Source: Limisphaerales bacterium (GTDB lineage: Bacteria; Verrucomicrobiota; Verrucomicrobiia; Limisphaerales; AAA164-E04). From it: 64,000 nt of DNA. The notes below the pieces were generated by a model that saw only the letters and a list, made by a program, of their open reading frames with translations, was not told the origin of the DNA and did not search any database. Location: positions 91,289 through 155,288 of the forward strand of contig OZ241891.1 of the NCBI GenBank assembly GCA_965203425.1, given 5' to 3'. Shown piece by piece: positions 36,801 to 45,697 of this stretch (the stretch's first letter is position 1; each line of letters begins with the position of its first letter). Position numbers and translations under genes: made by a program.

Positions 36801-38852
36801 ACGGATCGATTTGAATGTCCCCGTTGCGGCATCGTTACGGCGTATTCCGCAAGGGGTGTTTGCCCGCGCAAAGAATGCGATGGAACGCTGGAAGTGGTGT
36901 CGTTTGAGAAATCGCGGTTGGCGAAAAATCTCATTGCTCAATGGGTAGCCGGGCAGAGCAAGCCAAAATTTACCACTTTGAAATCAGAGGAACACACCGC
37001 CCAAATCAACAAGGAATTGGCCAAGCGTATTGAGGATCGTTTTCGAGAGGACGGCGTGAACTTGTTGAGTAGCACGACCACTTTTGAACTGGGCGTCAAC
37101 ATCGGCGATTTGCAAAAGGCACTACTCCGCAACGCGCCGCCCGCCAGCGCAAACTATGTGCAACGGGTTGGCCGAACAGGGCGAGGCAAAGACAAAAACT
37201 CCGTCTGCGTCACCATTTGCCGCCGCACAAAATACGACGCGGATATGTGGAAGGAACCAGAGCGGTTGATGAGCGGATCGATTCGTCCGCCCACTGTATT
37301 TTTGGAAAATCGGGAAATTGCCCGGCGACACTTCAACGCCGTCGCCTTTGCCCGTTTCCTGCGAGACGAGTACGAATCAGCGCTGGGAAGAGCGCCGGCG
37401 CAAAAAATTCCTTTGGAACCTTTTCTGCCGAGTGAATCTAGAGGAAAGATTCGCGAAGGACACCGGGAGCACAAACCGGAACAGTTTCTTGGCTTTTCTG
37501 ATTGGGCGCGAAAGCAGACTGAGAATGACTTGTTTGTAACGGAAAACTGCGTCGATTTGCTGAAGGCAGTCAAAGGTTTTTCTGCCGGCGTTAATCAATG
37601 TCAAGAAAGTTATGATAAGGCTTTCGCAGAGATCGCCGATGAACTGAACGCGCTGGCCAAAGAAAGAGAGCGGTTGAGCGACAAAGGCTACGATGACTCG
37701 GCGAAACTTCTTGGCGACTCTATCAAGAAACTGCTTGCGACGGACGTCATCGACGAGTTGGCTAAGCGCGGGTTTCTGCCGCGCTATGCCTTTCCGCTGG
37801 ATGTGGCCACTTTGGAGACGGGTTTTACGCGTTGGTCGTGGGATTCCGACGTTGAACTAAGCCGTGATCGAGGCATCGCCATTTCGGAGTTTGCTCCCGG
37901 CGCCCAAGTCGTTGCCCGCAAACAAGTTTTTACCAGCGAAGGACTTTATGTGGTCGGCCATGACGACAAACCTGAACGTCGCTGGTATGCGAGATGCAGG
38001 CAGTGCGACCAAATTGAAACCGCTGTGACTCAGAAAAAGTTGGGCAGCCAATGCCCCGTTTGCAAAAGCGCGGGGAGAACGACTACAGGATTTGTTGAAC
38101 CTTCGGCGTTTAGCATTCGCGTGGACAAAGGCAAGCGACCCCACTTTCGCCGGGCGACGTTGCTTCGGCAACGGCAACCCTTGACGCATTTCACCGACCG
38201 CATCGAAGAGGAAAAGTTTGAGGATTGCGGCTTGTTCCGCCTTGCTTTGAAGCCGGACGGGAAGTTGTTCCGTTACAACTTGGGGCCAGAAAACAAAGGC
38301 TTTGTCTTGTGTCCCGCTTGCGGTTATAGCGCGTCTCGCCGGAATTTCAAAAAGAGCAAACACAAAAAGTTGCGATGGCTCAAAGGACAAGACAAGAACT
38401 ACGAGAATAAAAATCTGTGGGGCGCGGCAGGCATGAACGGTCTTGCCTACGGCCACGAGTTTCAGAGTCATTGTTTGGTTGTTCGGCCTCAACGGGAATG
38501 CGATTCATCGGAGTCGTTAATGTTTGCGTTGCGAAAGGGAATGTGCAGCGTGCTAGAACTGGAGGCTTCGGACGTCGGTGTGACTCGGCGTTGGTTGAGC
38601 CATAAGAATGTCGATGGCGCCCAAGTGGAGTTTATTCTTTACGACCAAACGCCGGGCGGGGCCGGCTTCGTTAAGGATGGCAAAGACCGTTGGCCGGAAG
38701 TGGTGAAGCAGGCGGAGGAAGTTTGTCAAAAGACGGAGAATCATGTTTGCGATAAGGCTTGTTATGATTGTTTGAAGGATTTTGGCAATCAATCCTATCA
38801 TGAGGATTTAGACAGGAATTCGGTGTTGAGATTCTTCGACATTGTGGAGTGA
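33885..38852 (+). CDS. 1655-aa DEAD/DEAH-box SF2 helicase with internal Zn-ribbon insertions and a C-terminal DUF1998 (MrfA-type Zn-binding) domain; DruE/DrmA-DrmB-like
   Basis: LYQHQTEAV, motif I STGTSSGKT, Ia IYPRNALVNDQ, II VLDEIHAYRG, III STSATIG, VI YVQRVGRTGRG. Multiple CxxC pairs at aa ~463-523, 603-656 and 978-999. The C-terminus ILYDQTPGGAGFV ... CDKACYDCLKDFGNQSYHEDLDR is characteristic of DUF1998. Confidence 0.9.
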   Translation: MEPLTSRFTKEVFNPYLELLKSNYRFHRKFEHARRSWKDKLTKQELVRGPYLEKSQSYKKGEPLENLGLHPQTAATIQSRLGKGSLYQHQTEAVRLVLDGQNALISTGTSSGKTLCYQIPILDDLIRDPSPGLRAVIIYPRNALVNDQLWEWKEILQKHRDITFARFTGQTPTSQEKYEERLREQIRQELEERDPGLKESELQSKMENELADRLEKDPKNRLNHRDDIRQKPPHILITNFSMLEYLLERPVDAPIFENAQLRFLVLDEIHAYRGIQSTEIAFLIRRLKERLGPKQLACISTSATIGNKTKESGNKARKFAADIFGEPFVEPNPIRGTPAELKLHSPSHCPSPTQYCEAANALRAGKSTQEVLKNLGLCGEGDDLADAFERDKNLHRLRAEILTKPTLLTDAAEKLFPKPEKEKASTSLQSMLELVANSGEDNQNLLPTRLHYFVRAQGGLHLCLRSDCSGRKGNDPAFFVSRQNRQTSSGEETSNCPEGHCPDCYESGQESRLVETVSCRKCGYLYGALQDLGPRRAQNPGNLSDEIEPSFDSFSTELGWAADSFWSYFSVENDLPFPKTNSIDEEDVDSAKLLESPAKIEWCACCGKKKASAGDYCRCETPHFRQIQVFHRQCDEKETVNLYMQTKKPLLYCPNCGARSNASGIEPVQRFQESEDETGLAMAIPLAHFQVSPKANENKRPPRKLLCFTDHRQRAAAFPSLLEEETFTHDLGRKIVRIARKFSGKDLKVADLGLRLFDASRRDIHGVGNPDYDPDFFLPVSRFPDGYDANARDSLQKQENLWIGESLSYFGIPDSARESAEDLGLVAVEYGIEEKELAAFHNLFKGFGLDRNAAAAALQILLGYLRQRKAFTLPPERVSPYDAAFGRVGGIIAYDLKTAGKSVQGWLLTQKGKLRNNFITSFLQRLTGLKDESLRQCGEKVWQFLTGEGLLQRIINPRAWQLDYERIIVKPATDRFECPRCGIVTAYSARGVCPRKECDGTLEVVSFEKSRLAKNLIAQWVAGQSKPKFTTLKSEEHTAQINKELAKRIEDRFREDGVNLLSSTTTFELGVNIGDLQKALLRNAPPASANYVQRVGRTGRGKDKNSVCVTICRRTKYDADMWKEPERLMSGSIRPPTVFLENREIARRHFNAVAFARFLRDEYESALGRAPAQKIPLEPFLPSESRGKIREGHREHKPEQFLGFSDWARKQTENDLFVTENCVDLLKAVKGFSAGVNQCQESYDKAFAEIADELNALAKERERLSDKGYDDSAKLLGDSIKKLLATDVIDELAKRGFLPRYAFPLDVATLETGFTRWSWDSDVELSRDRGIAISEFAPGAQVVARKQVFTSEGLYVVGHDDKPERRWYARCRQCDQIETAVTQKKLGSQCPVCKSAGRTTTGFVEPSAFSIRVDKGKRPHFRRATLLRQRQPLTHFTDRIEEEKFEDCGLFRLALKPDGKLFRYNLGPENKGFVLCPACGYSASRRNFKKSKHKKLRWLKGQDKNYENKNLWGAAGMNGLAYGHEFQSHCLVVRPQRECDSSESLMFALRKGMCSVLELEASDVGVTRRWLSHKNVDGAQVEFILYDQTPGGAGFVKDGKDRWPEVVKQAEEVCQKTENHVCDKACYDCLKDFGNQSYHEDLDRNSVLRFFDIVE

Positions 38853-39442
38853 GGCCGTTTGCGCGGGCGTTTTGCGATTGCGCTTGAGTCGCGGCGTATT
38901 TTGGCGGTTTGGCGGGCGGTTTAGAGGGAGAGTTTTTGGAATTTTTCTTCGATGAAGGTGGTTGGGCGATGCTGATTCGATGTTTTTCGCCGATGCTGAG
39001 TTGGACGCCGTGTTCGCCAAAGCAAACAGGAAAGTGAATTCGACTCTCTCAACGCAATTTCATATTCAAACTATGATATTTTCAGCAGGGAGACCCGATA
39101 GACGAATCTTCTCCGATGAACATGGTCAAGAGCGAGAAAATCAAAAGGCAATGGGAAGTGCGCAAGCTTTTTGCGTTTCCAACGATCTTTTTAGGTTTCA
39201 ACATTTTTATGTTTTTGCGGACTTGACTGGTTGAAAAGAGAGGTATTTGAGGGAGGAGAGGGAGGGAAAAAGACGGCAATTTTTCAGCCTGATTTCAGGA
39301 TAGCGGATTTTTATTGATTTTCCTTGTCAAAACTAGAAATGCTTTTGGTTTTATATGTTTTGTTGCCGGCCTGAAAAATTTCGGTTGCGACGGATTTGAT
39401 TTTTGGCGAGCCAATCAAAAGGCATTAAAAAGGCATTAACTT

Positions 39443-41116
39443 ATGCGCTGTTTTGTTTCAAAGATTCTGAGTTGGGTCATCCTTGTCGGGCTTGCCTCCG
39501 CAAACGCCGAGCCGCCGTCGGAAAATCAGCCGACAGCTGAAACCGAGAGCAATCCACAAGCGGAGTTCGGCTGGCACTTTGCGGGAATTAGCGCTGTGGA
39601 ATCTGCGGAGAATGCTTTCACGTTGCAGGATGTTTGGCGATTGCCGGAAAGCCGGCGCCTGGGGCGGCTCTTGACGGAGAGGCTTGCCCGGACGCCGGAA
39701 CGCCAAATGTTTGGCCGTCAAGCGGTTGCGAACGCTGAGCGCGCGCGAATCGCTCAATCTTTGGCGGCGTTGCTTTTGGCTTTTGAGAGCTTTGGTGAAG
39801 TCAATGGGCTAGCCGGCGAACGGCCGCATCTTTCGTTGGCGGTGAAGTTGGCGCCGCCAAAAGCGGCCGAATGGAAGCAGAAACTTCGCCTTTACTTTGC
39901 CTCGTTGGGTTGGCGGGAAATTGCAGACTCCGCCGAGGAAAATCTTCGTTGGCTGGCGTCGAAAGAGGATTCGGAGGCTCGTTTGGCAGAAGAAGGAGAG
40001 TGGTTGCTGTTTGGCGCCGGCCACGGTAATTTTTCGCGCTTGGCGGAGTGGAAAGCGTCGATTGCCGGCGGTTGTTTGCCTTCGTCTTTGGCGGCGGGTG
40101 ATTTGCTATTGTTACGCGGCCACGCCGGCAGACTGGCCGAATGGTTGGCCGGCGTTTCTCTTCCCTCATTTTCGGATTTTGAAGTTCGCTTCCAACCCGA
40201 AGAAAACAGCGTGCGAACGACGGCGACAATCCGCTTGCGCGAGGCCGTAGAATTTCCTCTCCCAGACTGGGAAGTGCCTGCCAAGTTCATCCGAGATCCC
40301 ATTGTCAGCTTCAGTGCCGCACGGGGTCTGCGTTCCGTCATTGCCAAATTGCCGGCGGCCAAAACGCTGGCTGAACGAGGCATCCCGGAACAATTCTTCT
40401 TGTGGTCGCGACGATTTGTTCCATCTTCAAAAAGCATGCCCATCTATCCGTTCCCTGCCTATCTCGCCTGGCCTATTCCGCTTGAAGAAGTGAGAGTCGA
40501 GCGTCTCCACCAACACCTTTCCGACCTCGTTGGCGCGGACGTTCTTGCAAGCGGTCGCGCCCGTCTGGTTTCTCTTCCCAAACTCAACAAAACAATGCTT
40601 CAGCTGCGGGCGCCGTTGGTGGAGCCTTTCGTCCGCGGCTTCACAAACCAAACCCAAGGCGTCCGAATCGCCGGCCTTTTTCCTTTGATCAATGAGCCGA
40701 GACCGATTCCGGACGCCTTGTTGGCGCAACTGGACGGCGCCGAGAATTTGGTCTACTATCACTGGGAAATTACCCAGAACCGACTAGACTTCTCCAAAAA
40801 TCTATTTCAACTCCTAGCATTCTTGACCGGCCAATCGCAGATGAAGGCAGACGGCTACGGACTCCCTTGGCTGAACGCCGTCGCCCCTAAAATGGGCAAC
40901 GCCGTTACCATTGTGACCGCTCCCGCGCCTCAAACCCTTCAGCTGGTAAGAAAATCCTACTTCGGCTTCACCGGTTTGGAACTGGCCGCCTTTGCCCGCT
41001 GGCTTGAATCCGAGTCTTGCCCTTGGATCGACGCCGAATTCCTCTCCGCTTGGAAAACGAAACCCGCCGCCAACCCGCTAAAATCTCCCGCTACCGATGC
41101 TCAAACTGGGCGTTAA
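39443..41116 (+). CDS. Hypothetical secreted protein
   Basis: Signal peptide ILSWVILVGLASANA. No recognisable domain. Its 3' end overlaps pdxJ by 20 nt. Confidence 0.6.
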   Translation: MRCFVSKILSWVILVGLASANAEPPSENQPTAETESNPQAEFGWHFAGISAVESAENAFTLQDVWRLPESRRLGRLLTERLARTPERQMFGRQAVANAERARIAQSLAALLLAFESFGEVNGLAGERPHLSLAVKLAPPKAAEWKQKLRLYFASLGWREIADSAEENLRWLASKEDSEARLAEEGEWLLFGAGHGNFSRLAEWKASIAGGCLPSSLAAGDLLLLRGHAGRLAEWLAGVSLPSFSDFEVRFQPEENSVRTTATIRLREAVEFPLPDWEVPAKFIRDPIVSFSAARGLRSVIAKLPAAKTLAERGIPEQFFLWSRRFVPSSKSMPIYPFPAYLAWPIPLEEVRVERLHQHLSDLVGADVLASGRARLVSLPKLNKTMLQLRAPLVEPFVRGFTNQTQGVRIAGLFPLINEPRPIPDALLAQLDGAENLVYYHWEITQNRLDFSKNLFQLLAFLTGQSQMKADGYGLPWLNAVAPKMGNAVTIVTAPAPQTLQLVRKSYFGFTGLELAAFARWLESESCPWIDAEFLSAWKTKPAANPLKSPATDAQTGR

Positions 41117-41858
41117 CATTGACCACGTCGCCGCCATTCGTCAGGCCCGCTATCGCGCTGCCGAAGCCAAGGGCGAGCCTGATCCCATCCAAGCCGCCAT
41201 CGCCTGTGAAGCCGCCGGTTGTCACGGCATCACCGTTCATTTGCGCGAGGATCGACGGCACATACAAGACGGCGACGTTTGGCGGCTCAAACAAACGCTC
41301 CAAATCCCCTTGAACCTCGAAATGGCGAACACGCCGGAGATGGTCGAAATCGCCGCCCAACTTCGTCCCGCCTCCGTCTGCATTGTCCCCGAAAAACGCG
41401 AAGAACTGACCACCGAAGGCGGCCTTGCTGTCGCCGGCGCCCTTCCCTCCCTTGCCCAAACCGTCGACCGTCTGCAATCCCTCGGCGTTGAGGTCAGCCT
41501 CTTCATCGATCCCAATCCCGCCCAAGTTGCCGCCGCTGCTAAAACTAAAGCCCGCGCCGTCGAACTCCACACCGGTGACTTTGCCGAAGCCTTCAAAACC
41601 AATCCATCGGACGCCGAACGAGAAATCCGCCGTATCAGCACCGCCGCCTCGCAGGGAAATCAACTCAGTCTCAAAGTCAACGCCGGCCACGGCCTCAACT
41701 ATCAAAACATCGCTCACATCCGCAAAGTGCCGCACTTGGCCGAACTGAACATCGGCCACAGCATTGTTAGCCGCTCCATCGTTGTCGGACTTGGCGCCGC
41801 TGTTCGAGAAATGCTCCGCCTCCTCCAACCGGAAAATAGAAGGAAAGATTGTGACTAA
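41097..41858 (+). CDS. pdxJ: Pyridoxine 5'-phosphate synthase
   Basis: MLKLGVNIDHVAAIRQAR, GITVHLREDRRHIQDGDV, LNLEMA, VCIVPEKREELTTEGGL, ELHTG, VNAGHGLNY, ELNIGHSIV. Confidence 0.93.
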   Translation: MLKLGVNIDHVAAIRQARYRAAEAKGEPDPIQAAIACEAAGCHGITVHLREDRRHIQDGDVWRLKQTLQIPLNLEMANTPEMVEIAAQLRPASVCIVPEKREELTTEGGLAVAGALPSLAQTVDRLQSLGVEVSLFIDPNPAQVAAAAKTKARAVELHTGDFAEAFKTNPSDAEREIRRISTAASQGNQLSLKVNAGHGLNYQNIAHIRKVPHLAELNIGHSIVSRSIVVGLGAAVREMLRLLQPENRRKDCD

Positions 41859-42396
41859 ACTTTTTGTATTTCACAACGAAGAGACCGGCGTCTCCTTATA
41901 TCACGTGGATTGCGTTTCCTTTATGGAAGAGATTGCTACGAAACATCCTCCGGGCTTGTTTGTTTGATATGATATTTGCCGATCCGCCCTATCTTCTTTT
42001 TTCCAACAGCTGCACAACCTGCCATGCGGGAAAGAGGGTAAAAGTGGACAAGGGCAGATGGGATAAATCACGAGGCAGCTTAGAATTCAACCACGAATAC
42101 AATTTATTATGGTTGAGTTTATGTCAAAAGTTGTGAAAATAAAATCGAACTATTTGGGTTTCCAGAAGGCAGCATGTAATTTATTCGATCGGGTTCGGCA
42201 TGCAACAATTAGAAATGAAAATTCTCAACGATGTAACATGAGGAAAAACCCAATCTTCCTCCCAACTTGCCGTGCAGATGCTTCACGCATTCTGCGGAAA
42301 CCATTCTCTGGGCGGCAAAAAACAAAAAGTCCAAGCACACATTTTTGGAGACTGGACTTTATCCAGCTATCCATTCAGAGATTAGAAAACTCTTAA
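41851..42396 (+). pseudogene. Remnant of a beta-class (PF01555-type) DNA methyltransferase, multiple frameshifts and stops
   Basis: LYHVDCVSFMEEI, then DMIFADPPYLL (motif IV) in another frame, then fragments resembling the region before motif I. At least three frames are needed. AT-rich. Confidence 0.7.
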
Positions 42397-42419
42397 GCAG
42401 AGAGAACCAGTTTCAATTT

Positions 42420-42872
42420 TCAGAGATTGTCGAATGATAAGAGGAGGAAAGGGCGGAAGCGGTACAAGAACCGGCTTGTTTTTGGAGTGCGAAGTTAATT
42501 TTCTATCGCTTCTAAAATAAATCTAGGGATATGAAGTTAAAAAGCAAATCAAAGAGCCGGCCATGAAATTTATTATCAAGGCAATCTAGTTGCCAGATGT
42601 TTCAAAAAGCACCAGTTCTACATGTTTTTGAAGGAACATGATATTGATTGGAGAAACATAATTTCTAAAAACTGTTGCCCGATGGATCTTTTATCATTCA
42701 AAACACTTTGTTTATTACCGAAGTCAAATACCAACAAGGGGAAGGTTCCGTAAATGAAAAATTGCAAACTTATGATTTGAAGCAGAAACAATATCTTAAA
42801 TTAGTTGTGCCGTTGGAGTTAAAGGTGGAATACGTCTATGTCTTGGGCGATTGGTTCAAAAACCCAAAATAA
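42420..42872 (+). pseudogene. Remnant of a PD-(D/E)xK type II restriction endonuclease paired with the methylase remnant
   Basis: Fragments GGKGGSGTRTGLFLE, FYMFLKEHDIDWRNIISK and an intact tail DGSFIIQNTLFITEVKYQQGEGSVNEKLQTYDLKQKQYLKL..VEYVYVLGDWFKNPK (D...E-V-K core). These are interrupted by stops and frameshifts. Confidence 0.55.
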
Positions 42873-42900
42873 AAGAAACTTCCTGCTTCAGTTTAGACAA

Positions 42901-43716
42901 TTAGATGTTTACCGTATTGGTGTTGGTTTCTTCCTTCCCGCAAAGGCCGAGTTGTTTTCGGAGTTCGCTAATTTCGGCGGTGATTCCTTGTTGGAAGAAG
43001 ATGGCGTCCGCTTTGTGAATGAGCAGATTAGCGCCCATTTCCACGAATCGCCTTTGTTCTTCTATGGAAAACCATGCGTGAATGCCGGCGCCGATTTTTT
43101 GGTTTCGCGCTTTTTTGAAGATGGTTTCGGCGGCTTTTAGAAATGCCGGGTGTTGATATTGTTCCGGGATGCCGAGGCTGGCGGTGAGATCGTGCGGGCC
43201 GATCAACACGGCGTCGATTCCATCGACGTCGAGAATTTCCTCCAGCGCGTCCATTGCCGGAACGCTTTCGATGTTGAGGATGAGGAGACCGCCGGCCGGG
43301 TTGTCTTCGACGTAGCGGGCAAGCGACGATTGCAGTGGACGGCCGGCGAGGGTTTCGGCAAGCCGTCGGCCTTTGAGCGGCCGGAGTTTGGCGGCGCCTT
43401 TGAGCGTGCGCGCGGTTTTGGCGCATTCGACGTAAGGAGCGATGACGCCGACGGCGCCGTCATCCAGGGCGACGGTTGCTTGGTTGGGGTTATGGTCGGG
43501 GATGCGCACAAGCGGAGGCAATCCCATAGCGGCGTAGGCGCGGCACATCCAGGATAGACGCTCGCGGTCAATGGCGATGTGTTCGGTGTCGATGAAGACG
43601 AAGTCCAGGCCGCAGTCACGGAGGATCTTTGGCCAAAAAGGAGAGGAGGAGGCGACGAGCGTGCCAAGCACGGTGTTGCCTGTTTTGAGGGCGGTTTGCA
43701 GTTTTTTGGCAGTCAT
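42901..43716 (-). CDS. HpcH/HpaI-family aldolase
   Basis: Start at MTAKKLQ (ATG 43716). GLDFVFIDTEHIAIDRE, PLVRIPDHNP, GAVGVIAPYVE, GIDAVLIGPHDLTASLG. Confidence 0.85.
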   Translation of the reverse strand: MTAKKLQTALKTGNTVLGTLVASSSPFWPKILRDCGLDFVFIDTEHIAIDRERLSWMCRAYAAMGLPPLVRIPDHNPNQATVALDDGAVGVIAPYVECAKTARTLKGAAKLRPLKGRRLAETLAGRPLQSSLARYVEDNPAGGLLILNIESVPAMDALEEILDVDGIDAVLIGPHDLTASLGIPEQYQHPAFLKAAETIFKKARNQKIGAGIHAWFSIEEQRRFVEMGANLLIHKADAIFFQQGITAEISELRKQLGLCGKEETNTNTVNI

Positions 43717-43887
43717 GTTTTTAGATTGTCCACGGAAATTAGGCGGACGGGCTGGCGACGGTAACAACGATGTGTTGCAGGCGGAAAAACCACAAGCCCG
43801 GAAAAGCGGCAAGGCCTCTCAAATCGTGCAGATGAATGACGGGAAATCCAAATATCTTAAATCGCAACATAAGAGAGGAATGGGCGG

Positions 43888-45264
43888 TTAGACGGAGACG
43901 GTTTCGCCCGGGCCGGGTTGCAGGACTTTGACTTTGGGGTAGCGGGTTTTGATTTGCTGATCGAACCACGCGCGGGAATCGTCTTCGCCGTGAGCCAAGA
44001 TAACGGTATGAGGGGAGACTCGCCCGACGAATTCGAGGAGTTCCTCGCGATTGGCGTGGGCGGTGAGGTCGAATTCTTGCATGTCGCAGCGGCGGGTCAA
44101 CTCGCCGGCGGTTTGGCTGAAGGGAAAAGTTTCTCCGTAGGCAGTGGCGCGAAGCCTTCCGGCTGGCGTTTCCGGCGCGGCGTAGCCGACAAAGAAAACG
44201 GCTTGCTTTTCGTCTTCGATCATTCGCACCGCCAGCTCGTGGGAAGGAGTATGCTCGGTCATCATCCCCGCTGTGAGGACGAAGAGCCGGCCGCCTTTTA
44301 GTTTCACGGCGTCTTGCCTCTGCGGATCCAGGACGATGAGCTGGAGGTTTTCGTGGAGGATAAGATTGCTGTGATTTCGCGGAGTTCGATGGGCTTCAAG
44401 ATCGTAAATTTCAGTAAAGACGCGCCCCAGTCCGCCGATGTAGACGGGTTGTTTCCGCAATTTTCCAGCGCGCATCTTCAGCGCGAGCAGGGCGAGGATT
44501 TCTTGCGTTCGGCCAAGGGCGAAGGAGGGAATGAGAACGCTGCCTCGGCGTTTTAGGACGGTTTTGATGGCGGAGGTCAGCCGCGCAATTTCGGATTGAC
44601 GGCTAAATCCGGGCGGGATGACGCGATTGCCTCGGGTGGTTTCGAGGATGAGCACGTCCGCCTTCAATCCTTCAAATCGGGCGCCTCGGAGAATGGTTTG
44701 ATCGCCGAAAGAAACATCGCCGGTGTAGAAGATTGTTTCTCGTTCCCCCCGAACCATGAGGCCGGCCGAGCCGAGTGCGTGGCCGGCGTCGCAGAATTCC
44801 AAAGTGGGGGTAGCTTTGCGGCTTTTTGGTTTTGTAGGCGTCGCCCATTGAATTTCCCGATTGTATTTGCATCCTTGAAAGATGCAGGCGATTTCGTCGA
44901 GCTCGTGATGGCTGTAAAAAGGATACTCCGCGATGCCGAGTTCGTCTCGTTGGCGTTTCATAACGTTGACGGAGTTATGCAACACGCGTTCGACAATGAA
45001 GTAACTGAGTTCGGACATCAGCACGCGGGATTCGGGAAAATAGCGGACGGCAACTGGAAGCGAACCAACGTGGTCGTGATGGCAGTGAGTGATGGCAATG
45101 GCGTCGACTTGCTTGCCGCGGATGATTTCAAAAAGCGGGAGGCTTTCGTTGCCCGTGAGTTTGGGATGAACGCCGGCGTCCATCAGCAGTCCGCAACCGT
45201 CCAATTCGACGAACCAAGCGCTGGCGCCAATGTCTTCTTGGGGATTTAGATTTGTAATTTGCAT
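43888..45264 (-). CDS. MBL-fold beta-CASP family RNA-metabolising nuclease
   Basis: DAIAITHCHHDHVGSLP, FCDAGHALGSAG, beta-CASP-like TTRG..SFALGRTQE, LTAHAN. Start taken at MQITNL; the ORF extends back to 45333. Confidence 0.8.
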   Translation of the reverse strand: MQITNLNPQEDIGASAWFVELDGCGLLMDAGVHPKLTGNESLPLFEIIRGKQVDAIAITHCHHDHVGSLPVAVRYFPESRVLMSELSYFIVERVLHNSVNVMKRQRDELGIAEYPFYSHHELDEIACIFQGCKYNREIQWATPTKPKSRKATPTLEFCDAGHALGSAGLMVRGERETIFYTGDVSFGDQTILRGARFEGLKADVLILETTRGNRVIPPGFSRQSEIARLTSAIKTVLKRRGSVLIPSFALGRTQEILALLALKMRAGKLRKQPVYIGGLGRVFTEIYDLEAHRTPRNHSNLILHENLQLIVLDPQRQDAVKLKGGRLFVLTAGMMTEHTPSHELAVRMIEDEKQAVFFVGYAAPETPAGRLRATAYGETFPFSQTAGELTRRCDMQEFDLTAHANREELLEFVGRVSPHTVILAHGEDDSRAWFDQQIKTRYPKVKVLQPGPGETVSV

Positions 45265-45697
45265 GCCATGTATCCGACCGTCCGGCTGTTGAAAATCTGA
45301 AGAGTTCTCCCACTTGCCCAACCGTGTTTCCAATCGGCTTGGGAAAATCTAATCCCAATCGCCTTTGCAAAGCCAGAATTATTGCGGGCGAGGCGGCATT
45401 TTTTTCAGGGAAGAAATGTAAGCCTTCGTCAAAAAGGATTCTTCGCATCAAGTTTTTTGAACGAAAGCAAAGCGATCGCTCTCTCAATTATTGTAGTTTT
45501 TGTGTTCTCATTTTGGGAATCGCAGTGCATTCGGCGTGATTGACGCCTCTGTCCTTGCGTAAGTTGTTGTCAAGGCAGGCATCGGGGAATCCGGTGCCTG
45601 CTTCCCGCCCGCCATTCTCTTGTGGAATTGCGGATGTTTCTGGGAAAAAGCGTCCTCAAAAATTATTTCATTGCTTTGAAAATTCGGATTCGAGACA

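Noticed and set aside
41091-41828. 245-aa minus-strand ORF
   Set aside because: It is antisense to pdxJ, which is unambiguous. The sequence is G/A/D-rich shadow sequence.
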